A stretch of DNA of 64,000 nt from Eledone cirrhosa (GCA_964016885.1 OZ024742.1:280736001-280800000), one strand, 5' to 3'; positions 13,734 to 26,990 are shown, numbered from the stretch's first letter. Translations and numbers: made by a program. Notes: a model not told the origin generated them from the letters alone.

Positions 13734-14059
13734 CATTATATATGTGTGTAAAAATATAATGAGTATACACAAACACAACGCAAATATATTTCCCGAGTTA
13801 TTATCTTAATATATGCATATGTATACTCATAACAACTTATACACACAGCACTAACTCGCTCGCATGTGCGCACACATACAGATACACACAGCAATACACA
13901 TACAAAAAGAAATACGTTCGCCTCAAGATGCCGTGCAGAAAAAAACAGACTTACGTAGTTAAGAAGCGAAGATCTTAACCACACTGACGGAACCATCAGT
14001 ATTCTAGCGTTTTTACCTGTTATGTCTTCTTTGTAGTATTTAATTTAATAATAATGATA

Positions 14060-14372
14060 ATAATTGTTTCTACTTTGAGCACAATGTCAGCAATTACACC
14101 AGTGCTTTGCTGGTTTTTAATTTTATTTAGAACGTAAAGGGTCATAACTCTATGCTAAAAAGCAATGTGTCTGGCGCTCTACCGATACTGCCGATCCAAC
14201 GGTCTTTTTCGAATTCATAACAATAATAATAATTGTTTCTACTTTTGGTACAAGACCAATATATATATATTACTGGTACTTCATTTTATCTACCCTGTGA
14301 TAATAATAAAAATAATATATATATATATTATTTTTATTATTATCACAGGGTAGATAAAATGAAGTACCAGTA

Positions 14373-14380
<8 letters not shown>
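14060..14380 (-). mobile_element. SINE fragments plus a ~120-bp palindrome (14258-14380)
   Basis: SINE tail motifs; ttactggtacttcattttatctaccctgtgataataat is mirrored about a TA centre at ~14320. Confidence 0.6.
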
Positions 14381-14466
<86 letters not shown>

Positions 14467-14853
14467 ATATATATATATATTGGTAAACGGAATAGAAAAT
14501 GCTGACAAATTGTTCACAGGGAAAAATAGTTTAATTAGGAATAAATCAGAATTAGTAATTGTTTTGGTTAGTATTCAGTTGGGGTTTTAAGTTTTGCCGG
14601 TTGCGCATTTCTAAATGCTTTTCAAAAATAATTATGAGATAGAGCGTCCGTGATGTTTTCTCTGATCTGATTAGTTTTGGGAATTCTACCTGTTTTTATG
14701 TTAAAAAAATGGCTCCATGTATATATATTTATGAAAATAACAGATTCAATTTTAAGCAAATATATATATATATATGTGTGTGTGTGCATATATGTATATA
14801 TATATATATATATGTATGTATATATTATATGTATATATATATGTGTGTATATA

Positions 14854-14927
<74 letters not shown>

Positions 14928-14929
<2 letters not shown>

Positions 14930-15060
14930 CGAAGGAGGTGCAGTAAGGAAACATGTAGACAATAACGCACCAGAGTACTCGATACTGTGGGGAGTAGAGT
15001 GGGTAAAAGGAAAAGAGACAGGACCCCGACGGATGAGTTCTGGCCGTTTCGGCAGCTTAG

Positions 15061-15062
<2 letters not shown>
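14928..15062 (-). mobile_element. PLE 3' terminus with half-hammerhead (22.3 kb family)
   Basis: Minus strand cGAAAcggccagaactcatccgTCggggtcc, followed by the same tail as the 10.6 kb and 44.1 kb copies. Confidence 0.6.
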
Positions 15063-15094
<32 letters not shown>

Positions 15095-15095
<1 letters not shown>

Positions 15096-16070
15096 TATGA
15101 AAACAGGGAGAAAAAGGCGATTATTTTGGAAGAAAAAACATTGTTTACCCATTTTTATCTCTTTCTCTCTTCTTTCTGGGTTAGAAAATGATTAAAACGA
15201 TATATTTTACTTTGTGTGAAGTGGTAAGGTATTAATTGATTTATTTATTAATTAACAAAATCAATTATTTATTTATATATTTAATAATTGTCTATTACCG
15301 GTTTCAGCCTTTTTAAGCATTATCAAATGATAATATATGTATTGGTATAGAATGGTGGTGTCGGACATGTTAAAGAAATGGTGCAGAAATAATAATGTCA
15401 TTTACAAAGAAGGTTTGTGAAGGATGAAAGTTGCGTTGTCTATGAATTTGTAAATGGGGAAAATTTGAAAGTTTGGATGTTGGTTGGGTGCACAATTGGC
15501 GATATGTTCACTAAATGCAATCTTTCTGTATTCCTGTATTTTGATTTGTGATATATGGACGGTCATACTTTGTCGGAGGCTGTTTTTTGTCTGTCATATG
15601 TAGTGCTCTTGTCAACCTGAGCAGGTCAAACCATAGATTACGTTTTCAGATGCACAAGTAAAGTTGTGTTTAAATGTCAAATGTTGTCCTTGTTTAAAAT
15701 GGAATGTTGAACCTTTTCTTTTTGCTTTTTTGCTTTTCAGCTCATGAACATGTTTGTAAATAACATTATTCTTTCTGCACCATTTCTTTAACATGTCCAA
15801 CATCACCATTCTACACCAATACATATTATTATCATTTGATAATGCATAAAAATGCTGAAACCGGTAATAAACAATTATTAAATATATAAATAAATAAATA
15901 AATGCCATTGTTAATTAATAAATAAATCAACCTTACCACTTCACACAAAGTAAAATATTTCATTTTGATCATTTTGTAACCCAGAAAATAGAGAGAAATA
16001 AATAAAAAGGGAAAACAATATATTCTTCTTCCCAATAATCGTCTTTTTCTCCCTGTGTTCATATATTTAT
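15095..16070 (-). mobile_element. Truncated Neptune-like PLE: GIY-YIG remnant flanked by inverted pLTRs
   Basis: Minus strand FTCASENVIYGLTCSG...SLRQ.MTVH...FSEHI. 15095-15407 is the reverse complement of 15752-16066. Confidence 0.75.
15832..15870 (+). ncRNA. Minimal hammerhead ribozyme, U3-A8 core variant (inverted copy at ~15292-15330, minus)
   Basis: at-TTGATAA-t-gcat-aaaa-atgc-t-GAAA-ccgg-TA-at; palindromic stem III ACCGGT; stem I is weak. Confidence 0.5.
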
Positions 16071-16109
16071 ATATCCTAACTCGTGTGCTTCCTCTCCACA
16101 TTTTATTAT

Positions 16110-16155
<46 letters not shown>

Positions 16156-16425
16156 CATAAAACATGTCTACAGAATCACAAGAATAAAATATATACTATT
16201 TCCTCTCCCAATTAGCATAATTAACTATATAAAAAATCGAATAGACCAGGCTATAAGAATGAGGCTTCTATGAAGGAATCTCCGACACATAACCGAAACT
16301 AGCGCTTCGCGTCGGCCGTAGCGGAATGTTTATCGAATATTTCGACAGCGTAATAGCCTAGATATAGTCAACTAAACAGAATTAGGTTTAAAATAAACTA
16401 GGAGAAAATAGAATACATTTAAATA

Positions 16426-16511
16426 CCTCTACCATGGTTTCGTCCCTGTTTTGAGTCTTCCAATAATTATGTAATAATTATGTAAACTCGAGCGCCGGAT
16501 TCTTCAGGAAG
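16426..16511 (-). ncRNA. Type I hammerhead ribozyme with long stem II
   Basis: Minus: cttc-CTGAAGA-atccggcgctcgagt...actcaaaacagggac-GAAA-ccatgg-TA-gagg. Stem I cttc/gagg; palindromic ACCATGGT stem III. Confidence 0.8.
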
Positions 16512-16940
16512 CTCGCTCATATCTAGACACAAAATTTTCCAAAGCGATCGCGCCAAGAATTCATTTCAAAATGGCTAAATATCGTGACGTAGTCGCGGTC
16601 AAGTTGGAAGGGGTGTGGTAGTTGCTTACGACTGGTGGCATTTTTGCTAGAAAGCACAGCACAATATAGCCAAATTTGTATCTCAACCTAGTGGGAGATT
16701 ATTACATATAAAAGTTTACATATATATATACATACAGTATTAGTTATACTATTTATGGTTATGTAAATACAAAACCTTAAGCAGTTGTAAGTATTTTACA
16801 CACACCCCAAATAGTGGTAGGCAGTAATGTATTACTACCTTATTACCAGTAAGTTAAGTAGCTCAATGTAAAAACATCAGATGATTTACAGAGCAGTTAT
16901 ATGAAATATAAGAATCAAAGAACTGTTCAAAACATTATTG

Positions 16941-16987
16941 TGCTTACGGCTGTTTCCTCCAAACCGAGGTTTGGATTCTTCGGAGTA
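16941..16987 (-). ncRNA. Hammerhead ribozyme copy in the inverted pLTR
   Basis: Reverse complement of the 17376-17422 motif with two substitutions. Confidence 0.65.
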
Positions 16988-17375
16988 ATTTATTAATGCA
17001 TGGACAGTTATATGACCTCCTTTTCAGCCGAGAGACATACCAATACATATTCAAACATTGATACATATTCAAACATTGTGGGTCAACATTCATTACAGAA
17101 TTTAGAGTGGCAGTACACACTTCGAGATTACATTTATATTAATAGGTACAATCAAAATCAAAGATATAGGTTAAAGTACAACATGAAGATAAGTGGTTAT
17201 ATAGTGCAAATGTTATATGTGTGGCACGCATGTGCGTCTTGTTTATATAGTGTGGCGGAGAGATATGTGTGGTAGAGGCACTAAGGTAGGTAAATAAGAG
17301 TGTTAGGTTGGTAGATCTGGTGGCAAAATATTTATATGAAAAGGAGGTCATATAACTGTCCATGCATTAATAAAT

Positions 17376-17422
17376 TGCTCCGAAGAATCCAAACCTCGGT
17401 TTGGAGGAAACAGCTGTAAGCA
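17376..17422 (+). ncRNA. Minimal type I hammerhead, CCGAAGA core variant (5' pLTR)
   Basis: tgct-CCGAAGA-a-tccaaac-ctcg-gtttgga-g-GAAA-cagctg-TA-agca; palindromic stem III ACAGCTGT. Confidence 0.75.
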
Positions 17423-17671
17423 CAATAATGTTTTGAACAGTTCTTTGATTCTTATATTTCATATAACTGCTCTGTAAATCATCTGATGTTTTTACATTGA
17501 GCTACTTAACTTACTGGTAATAAGGTAGTAATACATTACTGCCTACCACTATTTGGGGTGTGTGTAAAATACTTACAACTGCTTAAGGTTTTGTATTTAC
17601 ATAACCATAAATAGTATAACTAATACTATTAACTGCTCCATATCGTTGAGCTGACATATAATATTGCCAAT

Positions 17672-20088
17672 ATGCTAATCAAAGACCAACTCCCCATGTC
17701 AACCAAGAACATACCAATACCATCTAGGAATACATATGAGAAATTGCTGATCAACAGTGTAAATTCATTTATCAATAGAGTGAGATGGAGGACATTCCAT
17801 TATGATAGAAACCAGTCTAACAACTGGAATAATACTAACAATTTTGACTCCTTCGGCTTTAAAACCTTTAAAAGCCCCCTCATAACACTCTACTTAACTC
17901 CTTTGAAAATGACCTAGTTAAACTAGTTAAGAACATTAAATACAATAAGCACAATATTAGAAGCAACACCTTCTTAAACAAACTTAACACTTCTATTAAT
18001 GGATTCAAAACTAGTAATAAAATTATTGTACACGCAGATAAAACTAATAACATATACAGCCTAGATTATATTACTTATAGAAAGTTTATATATAATGAAC
18101 TACATAAAAGCTACAAAAAAACCACCTTGAAAAACTTAGAAGATATTAATGTAGAGGGTTATAATATAGTGTCTAAACTAGGACTACAGAGGCATACACA
18201 ACCTTTCATTCCGAACCCCCCTAGATTCTCTCTGAAGGACCATAAGGAGAACTTCATCAGCAACCCCACGATAAGACTTATCTGCCCTTCCAAGTCCGAC
18301 ATTGGTATTATCAGCAAGAAGATTTTGGATAAAATCACCCCACAAATTAAACACAAGATACACCTTAAACAATGGGGAAATACGGGTGAAGTAATTGAAT
18401 GGTTCAAGGATATCAAGAATAATAAGAACAAAAAATTTATTCAATTTGATATCAATTCATACTACACCTCTATTTCCCCTATCCTATTAAATAAGGCACT
18501 TATCATGGCCATGGCCAATAGCGACCTGACTAGAGCCCAGGTTGATGTCATCCTTGCGGCCCGTAAAACCATAATCACCTTCGAGGACCAACTATGGACA
18601 CGCAAGGATACGCACAACAACTTCGACATAACCATGGGATCTAGTGACTCGGCGCAGGTCACTGATTTGGTCGGCCTATACCTCCTCAATGAAATCCATA
18701 AAGACCTCCCTTACCTCAATGGTGGTTTGTACAGCGATGATGCACTTCTACTCATAGAATATAAAAAATTTAATATAGAAAGAACTAGAAAACAACTGCA
18801 TAAGACATTCAAAAACTTTAACCTTAGTATCACCATGGACAAAAACACTAAAAATGTTAACTTCCTAGACGCCACACTATACCTAGACTCAAAAATATAT
18901 ACACCTTTCCATAAGCCTAATGAGAAACTTATTTACGTAGATACCAAGTCTAATCACCCTAGATCAATATTAAACTCTATCTCTAAGGGGGTGTCCAATA
19001 GAATCTCTAGTCTGTCTTATGACGCAAACATATTTAGCAAAAACTCACAATATTACAATCAAGCATTAGCTAGCTCCGGCCATAATATAGAAATTGAGTT
19101 CCTACCTAAGAAAACACATAGCTACAACATCATCTCGCACAACATGTCCATGAGGAAATCTAATAATAGGAATAGCAACCACAAGTACACCAAAGCAGAG
19201 GGTGCCACCGGAAGTAACCATTACCATGGAAACTACTGTGGGGCCTTAGGAGGAAGCAACACACCAAACACTAAAAGCAAAAATAGAAGAAGAAATAATA
19301 CATTTTTCAACCCTCCTTTCAACCTAAATGTCTCCACCAACATACCTAGGGCTTTCTTCTCACGACTAGATAAAAACTTCCCTCTAGGACACAAGTACCA
19401 CAACCTCTTAAACAAAAACACCATTAAAATCTCATACTCTACGACGCCTAACTTAGCATACCACATAGCTAGCAGCAATAATAGTAAAATTAGTTCTTAC
19501 TTCCAACAAACAAAATCACAACGGGATGCAAACCCTCTAAATACCACTGTAGCAAGCAACCATAGCAACGGCAGTAACAATAGAAATAACACCAGGGTTG
19601 TCAACCCGAACACCCAAAATCCTATATCCACCACACAGACTTCCGCATTGCATTATAACCAGCGGACTAACGCACAGGATAATTGTAACTGTAGAGCTAA
19701 TAGAACCTGCCCTTTAGATAAAAAATGCCTAACCAAGGATGTCATATACTCATGCACAGTCACGACTAATAACTCTTCAGAAACCTATGTAGGCTCCATT
19801 TCTAACTGCTTCAAAATCAGATATAACTCGCACATCCACTCGTTCAAAAAGCACAGCCTAGCCAACTCCACCTCACTTTCTAGCTACATACACTATCTAA
19901 AATCTAAAAATAAACCATACACACTCAAATGGGAAGTGATAGGCAGCGCGACCTCGTACAAACCACCTAATAAATTCTGTAACCTCTGTATACTAGAGAC
20001 ACACAATATTATCTTCTCCAACTGTAACCTACTTAACAAAAAATCTGAGGTGTTTGCACCGCCTCAGACATTCCTTCCAAAACTTTAA
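17672..20088 (+). pseudogene. PLE reverse transcriptase + GIY-YIG endonuclease ORF (frameshift at ~17878, small deletion near the C-terminus)
   Basis: KNIPIP..RVRWR..FGFK; ADKTNN; LKDHK..RLICP; QFDINSYY; MGSSDSA; GGLYSDD; VNFLD; CNCRANRTCP (CxCx5C); VIY..YVG..FKIRYNSH; LKWE; CNLC. The second frame is open from ~17881. Confidence 0.9.
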
Positions 20089-21541
20089 GCCCTATATATG
20101 GCAATGTCGGACTGGAACCTAACACCACATCTAGCATCAAACACCAGAGACACACCCTATACTACATACCCAACACTAGCTGATCCATTATAACACAAAC
20201 AACGACATCCCTCTGGAACCCTTCGCAGGGAAAATACCCATTTATACCTCTACGGCAGGTGTGACAACATCCACCCACTTGAACGGCACTACACCGCTCT
20301 AAGGGTAATTTGAGCATAAATTGATCGGTTGGATGGTGTTGGGCAGAGGAAACACCTTCCTTAGACAGATGTAAAATGATTTAATCGAGTAGCGCTGTAG
20401 ACTAGTAGGACCGGGCTGCTGAGCGCAGTGAGTGAATGCAATGCAACTGCCGTGCGGGTTGTACGTATATGGATGACCTGACGGTCAGAGAGGGGTCGCG
20501 AGGACTGCGGATTGACCTTTGGCCTGTCTGGGGACGATTATCTTTCGACATCCAATGTAGCAAGCGATGACCCAGATCTTACCAGAGATCATTGGGTCCT
20601 GAAGCAATCCTGCAATCACCGCGCCTGGTCATATGAGCAGACTACAACCACAGAGATCATTAATTTAGAATCCTCGCTCATCATCTATAATTTCCATTTG
20701 TAGCACCTTAAGTTGGGTGAATCCACCATAATAATATGATCACCTTCAGCATAACTTAGTTAAACTACTCTATAGTTAATACACTTTATGCTTTAAAAGT
20801 CTCTCTTGGAAGGTGCACTTCACCATAGAATTTAGGGTCTATATTGGGACACATTTTAATGGCTAGATATAGAAACCCCAGAGTTACCTCCCCGCATGTA
20901 TTAACTCCCCTTAGCCACACACACACTTCCGGTATTCAATGGCGTTTCTCGAAACGTAACAACCTCCTGTATCGAACTAAAGAACACCAGACTACGATCT
21001 CTAACTGGATTGTCGTCGATTATGTGAAAGGCATATAATCGAAATATACACTCCCTTGACCATGAAAATGCCGAAGTACATGAATTACTTGACATCCCTG
21101 CGCTGTGCATCTCCAATACTTATAACACTTTTAATGCTTGCACTATCTTTAATGCTTATAATATTTCTCCACACACAGACTATATCAATCATATAAAGAT
21201 TTTGCCACCAGATCTACCAACCTAACACTCTTATTTACCTACCTAAGTGCCTCTACCACACATATCTCTCTGCCACACTATATAAACAAGACGCACATGC
21301 GTGCCACACATATAAAATTTGCACTATATAACCACTTATCTTCATGTTGTACTTTAACCTATATCTTTGATTTTTGATTGTACCTATTAATATAAATGTA
21401 ATCTCGAAGTGTGTACTGCCACTCTAAATTCTGTAATGAATGTTGACCCACAATGTTTGAATATGTATCAATGTTTGAATATGTATTGGTATGTCTCTCG
21501 GCTGAAAAGGAGGTCATATAACTGTCCATGCATTAATAAAT

Positions 21542-21588
21542 TGCTCCGAAGAATCCAAACCTCGGTTTGGAGGAAACAGCTGTAAGCA
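21542..21588 (+). ncRNA. Minimal type I hammerhead (3' pLTR), identical to 17376-17422
   Basis: tgctCCGAAGAatccaaacctcggtttggagGAAAcagctgTAagca. Confidence 0.75.
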
Positions 21589-22211
21589 CAATAATGTTTT
21601 GAACAGTTCTTTGATTCTTATATTTCATATATACATACATATACATATACATGTTTTGCAACCGCTCACTCTGTGGCTCAATGAAAAATTAATGAATTAA
21701 ACAATCAGAGCTATATATCATAAAACATGTCTATAGAATCACAAGATAAAATATATACTATTTCCTCTCCCAATTAGCATAATTAACGATATGAAAAATC
21801 GAATAGACCAGACTATAAGAATGAGGCTTCTATGAAGGAATCTCCGACAAATAACCGAAACTAGCGCTTCGCGTCGGCCGTAGCGTAATATTTATGAAAC
21901 GAAATTTCATTTCTCACTCTTAGTCCAGCACTTACTTAAATGTAAATATGTATATTTGTATACGTACATACATATATGTATACAGACGTACAGTAGTATG
22001 TATATATACATACATGTACACATATATATATATATATGTACGTATCGGTTTACCGAACATTTATTATAATGCTTGATTTGTTTGTTGTAAACAAACACAC
22101 CGAGCATTGTAATAAATGTACGGTAAACCGATACGTATATATATATATATATGTGTGCATGTATGTATATATATACATACTACTGTACGTATACATACAT
22201 ACATACATACT

Positions 22212-22274
<63 letters not shown>

Positions 22275-22277
<3 letters not shown>

Positions 22278-24895
22278 AACGAGTAGGACCCCGATGGCTG
22301 AGCTCAAGCCGTTTCGACGGCTAATTCTGGACTAAATGAACATTTTTATCCTGGTATTAGAATAGCCGAGCTTCTCAGGGGGTAATTCCATATATGGTAA
22401 AAGTGATTGTCACAAGGATTGGTCAAAAGTTTGTTGTTGAGACATAATAATTCTATCATGGCAATTTGTGGAGGGAAGGTTAGCTGAACCTCCAGTAGAA
22501 GAAAGAGGGAGAGGGGGTGGAGGAAACCCAGTCATGCGTTGATAGTGCCATCTACAGCTGGGCAGGAGGTCAAAGAAGATACTAGGGAGGAGGGGGAGGA
22601 AGTCGAAACAATAAGTGAAACAATATGGGGTAAATATATAGAAAAATACCGAGTGTTAAAAAACAATTAAATGTAAAAAAAAAAACAATTTCTGGTTACT
22701 ATAACCTAAGGACAGCTATCAAGTCTCTCACTGGTACTGCTAGACTAAAGAAAGGTTTACTAGGTAGGAAGGAATTATAATGAGACCTTTTTAAGAGGTA
22801 TAAGTAAACAACCGAATATATCTTACGGCGACGGGTCAACAAGTGAGGGGCCAAAATACTAAAGAAACTACCACTAAATGATAATTCAGAGTCCCGGCAC
22901 CAGTACGAAATAAAGGTTTCTACGCCAGGCACAAGGTCAGCAACCACCCAGTGCAAAAAAAATAAACTAATACGAAATAATAATTCAGAATCCCGAAAAT
23001 GAATACTAATACTATCTCTAAGGGTGCCGCCACGATACAAAAATTCTAGTGCAAACTACATAAATGCTCGTACGATGTATATGTAAAATTTGATACGGAA
23101 AATTAATTCGGAATCTCCCCCCCCCCCCCAAACAAAAAATACTGATATACGAGAAATTAAAGCAAAGATACCACTAAGAAATATAGAAAGCACGGAAAAG
23201 GGGCAGCCATCGGATAAGAAGGCAAGTGTCCGGGATCTAACACATCTGCTATAAAAAGCGGAGTCGGCCAAATCTATCATAGAATAGGGGAAGGGGTGGG
23301 GGTACTGAGGCTACAAAGGACCGAGGGGCTGCTTGGGGTGTGCGAGAAAGTAAAAGGACGACGACAAAGAAAGAGGACTGGGGTGGAAGGACTAGGAAGG
23401 GATGGGGGGAAGAAGGAAATATAGAGGAAGCGATAAAAAGATATAAAAAAAGATCTTACGTCTACCTATGCAAGCAGGGGTTACCCATTACAAAATCGGC
23501 AAGTGGGGTGTCATAGCCCTAGCCTAAAAGGGTCATTATGGGGTTTGAGGGCGAGGTAAGTCCTACCCAATCTGTGTTTACATGCAGTTGCCATTTCATC
23601 TTTCTTGTTTAGGAGTTGGTCCGTCGAAAACAGCATTTGTAAAGTTACCTCCGAGCATAAATTGCACGGTGCGTCCTCCCGTGTAAGAGTTGGCTCTGGA
23701 CAGTAAGCTCCAAGTGAGATCATAGGTAATATTGTTATCCTTGAGGTCCCATATGTGGCCCGAATGTGTAGTGGCGTGACGCCGAGCCGGTTTTCGGAAG
23801 GTATGTCTGTGTTGGTATAGCCGGGTCATGAAGTCACATGCGGTTAATCCTATATAGGCTTTGTTGGAGGTGTCCGTCCTCACGTTGCACTGGTAGTTCA
23901 CATTACGATCTCTGCATCGGTTGTCGAGGGGGAAAATGGATCCATCACGACAGTTACACCTCCTGGTCGGCTATCTACTGCTATTTAGGTTATTTCTTCC
24001 ATAGGGTTTGAGTTTTTTGTTATTAGAGGAGACGATGTTTTGTGCAAAGTTTGGCGTAGTGCTGAAGGAAAGTTTGATGGTATTTTTGTTAATTATGTTG
24101 TGGTAGCGGTGTTATAGTGGGAAGTGTTTTTCAATGAGCCTAAAGAAGATTTTCCCGATAGGAATTGTCACCTCGGGGTTGTGGGGAGGATTGAACCATG
24201 TTACGTTGCGTGAGCGGCAGTGTCACCTGCTGGTTCCGCTAATGGAAGCTGGAGATTAGGATATTTCCTACCGGAAACCACTCCGCTTGAGGGCCTGGTT
24301 GTAATAAGGCGCATGTTCCTCGAATATCTGTTAATTAGCTGACAAACGAGATATGAGGAGGGAGATGTTTTTAACCAGGTTATTGGTGATGTTCCTAGGA
24401 TGGTTTGACCGCCGGTGGATGTAGTCCAGGTTGTCGTTAGGGTTCCTGTATGGCTAGTACAGATCATTATCGAGGTCGAGGGTGACGTCCAGGAAGTTTA
24501 CTCGGGTCAGGGACGTTTGTAGGGTTATTTTAAATACCCAGTCGCGGAAGAAGCTGATTAATTGTTTACGGACCCGATCTGTACTACTGGGGTTGTACCC
24601 TTTAAGGGTAAGGAGCCCATCATCACGGTACAATCCACCGCCGAATGCAGGAAACATATCGGTGAGTTTGGCTATTAGGAATAATCCTAAAAGATCTGTG
24701 ACCTCAGCCGAATCCGTCGCGCCCATGCTGACGTCGAAGGGTGAGTCGGGAGCTCTCTTTATCCATTTGGAGTTGACGAAGAGTAAGACTGTCTACCTGC
24801 GTGGAGGATGATGTTTCTTTCCTGGTCGGTGATGGGCACAAGTGTTTCGGCGAAGACAAAGGCTGCCGTAAGTAGCGGTAAGGTAATTGAATATA
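22275..24895 (-). mobile_element. 5'-truncated, decayed PLE (same clade as the 17.7 kb element) with a long 3' region
   Basis: Minus: MGATDSAEVTDLLG, GGLYRDDG, VNFLDVTLD, WFNPP, CNCRDGSIFPL, AYIGLTA..RLYQH, CNLC..ACKH. Coding remnants span 23511-24895; bounded by (TA)n. Confidence 0.88.
22288..22383 (-). ncRNA. Type I hammerhead with extended stem III at the PLE 3' end
   Basis: Minus: acccc-CTGAGAA-g-ctcggctattct...agaattagccg-tc-GAAA-cggct-tgagctc-agcca-TC-ggggt. 5-bp stem I; core position 8 is A. Confidence 0.65.
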
Positions 24896-24903
24896 TAATA
24901 TGT

Positions 24904-24973
<70 letters not shown>

Positions 24974-25003
24974 AACATATATATATATAAATTATAAATG
25001 TAA

Positions 25004-25206
25004 GCTATCGCCGTATTTTGACTAAAGAAATTAAAGAAAATCATTTAGACTGATAGTGGGTTAAGAACACTCGGAGAAATGGAAAATGATGAGTATTGAC
25101 GTAAATGTACGTCAATACTCATCTTTTTCATTTCTCCAGGAACTTAACTCCACTATCAGGCTAAATAATTTTCCTTAATTTCTTTAGTCAAAATACGGCG
25201 ATAGCT
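25004..25206. repeat. ~200-bp palindrome (single-arm relative at 5560-5652)
   Basis: agctatcgccgtattttgactaaag...gagtattgacgta is mirrored about ~25105. Confidence 0.8.
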
Positions 25207-26423
25207 ACTTTTATAATCTCAAACTCGCTCGCTGTTTCGAAAATATTCTTAATTTATATATATATAAATATATATATACATATATATGTATGTATATACA
25301 AATATATATATGCGTGTGTGTGTGTGTCTGTCTGTGTGTGTGTCTGTGTGTGTTGTATGTGTGTGTGCAACTTACTGTAATACACACAAAGTTAATACAA
25401 CCGCTCATTACTAATTTACTCCCAAGTGATGGGAAAAGTAGGTATTTTGGTCGTTATATTTCCGCAACTGTGACATTGTCTTTTGTTCCCATGATGCAAT
25501 GTTTTGGCGATATTTCTAGCAAATAACGTGACTACATCAAACTAGTGCCAATTTATTTTGTTTTACAGTAAACATATAAACGTATATACATTTAGATCTG
25601 TATATAAGTATGGGTGCATATATGTACGTATGTATGCATACATGTATGCATAAATGTATGTATGTGCTTATGTGTACGTATGTATGCATGTATGCATATT
25701 TGTAGGTACGTAAGTATGTATGTACCTACGTATGTATACATGTAAGCATATATGTACAGATGTAAGCATATATGTACAGATTTAAGTATGTATATATGTT
25801 TATATGCATGCATGTATATATACATGTATTTATATATGTAGATATGTGCCTATCTATGTATATACACATATATACACAAACGGACACACACATACACGTA
25901 TACATACACACATACACACATATATAAATATGTATATATATATATATACATACATACATACCATAATTACATAGATACATACATATATGCATATATATAT
26001 ATATATATATATATACATTCACATATACATCTCACAAAAACCCATCGTGACTATCTACACCATCCTAGGGCATGTTAGTCTATATGCAATTATTTCACTG
26101 GTGTTTTGTCTACCGTTGGTTAGGAAAGAACGTTGCTTATCAATCAGGAACGTTCCAGAATAACCTCCACACATCATAAACATAGGCAAAAAAATAACAC
26201 AAAAATTCAAAGCATTAAATAAATAAATATACGTATTGAAAACAATAACCTGGGAACTGAATAAAATACAAAAGCAGAAACACACACGTGCATATACACA
26301 AGGACGTGCGTACGCATACACGAATATTTCTCCGAGTGTGTATATATACATACGCACATTCTTACCTCATACCCACCCCCGCACACACATATATATATAC
26401 ACACACAATCACACACACACACA

Positions 26424-26510
<87 letters not shown>

Positions 26511-26615
26511 CGGGCGACCGGCTAAAGTGGAAGATGCTAGATGGTCGGTCTTCCTCGGGTCTATGATTTTCAGCCCCATGGATTTTATCTATTACATTCA
26601 TTTATTATATTTCGA

Positions 26616-26673
26616 ATACCTGATGATATCACCGGATTCATACGGAACCCGGTCATTGAAATGATCATATTAT
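26616..26673 (+). ncRNA. Type I hammerhead (left repeat)
   Basis: atac-CTGATGA-tatc-accggattc-atacg-gaacccggt-catt-GAAA-tgatca-TA-ttat; palindromic ATGATCAT; one stem I mismatch. Confidence 0.7.
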
Positions 26674-26867
26674 AATAAACCTTTCAAGGATTTACACAAG
26701 TCCAGCCTCCTGTTATTTTATTATAATATTTAACTCCGTACTCGCACCACAACTACACAAACGAAGACGGTTGAGCTGTTTACGTTGAGTACTCTCCATA
26801 TATTACATCAAGATTGACCATACGAAATGACCAGCTCTATCCAGTGTTCAACCTTCAAACAAAAATA

Positions 26868-26990
26868 AATAATTGTTTCGACTTTAGGCACAAGGCCAGC
26901 AATTACCCAGTGCATTACTGGTACTTTATTTTATCGACCCCGTAAGGATGAAAGCCAAAGTCAACCTCGGTGGGATTTGAATGCACCTGA
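26868..26990 (-). mobile_element. SINE 3' portion inserted in the retrozyme-like element
   Basis: Reverse complement of the SINE core (tttatcgaccccgtaaggatgaaag). Confidence 0.75.

Larger units (their letters stand above)
16736..21630 (+). mobile_element. Near-full-length Penelope-like retroelement (tentatively Hydra clade): inverted pLTR, pLTR, ORF, 3' region, pLTR
   Basis: 16736-17339 is the reverse complement of pLTR sequence (17337-17627 and 21190-21630). 17337-17464 is directly repeated at 21503-21630. Candidate TSD atatatacataca (16724-16736 / 21627-21639). Confidence 0.9.
16156..21894 (-). mobile_element. Retrozyme-like non-coding element (~660-bp unit, terminally redundant), split by the PLE insertion at 16736-21627
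   Basis: 16156-16736 joined to 21627-21894 matches the uninterrupted copy at 46141-46872. 16156-16330 is repeated at 21719-21894. Contains an HHR; no ORF. Confidence 0.8.

Noticed and set aside
16270-16365. Possible HDV-like ribozyme on the plus strand of the 660-bp element
   Set aside because: Could not build the nested double pseudoknot; the L3/P1.1 region is too short.
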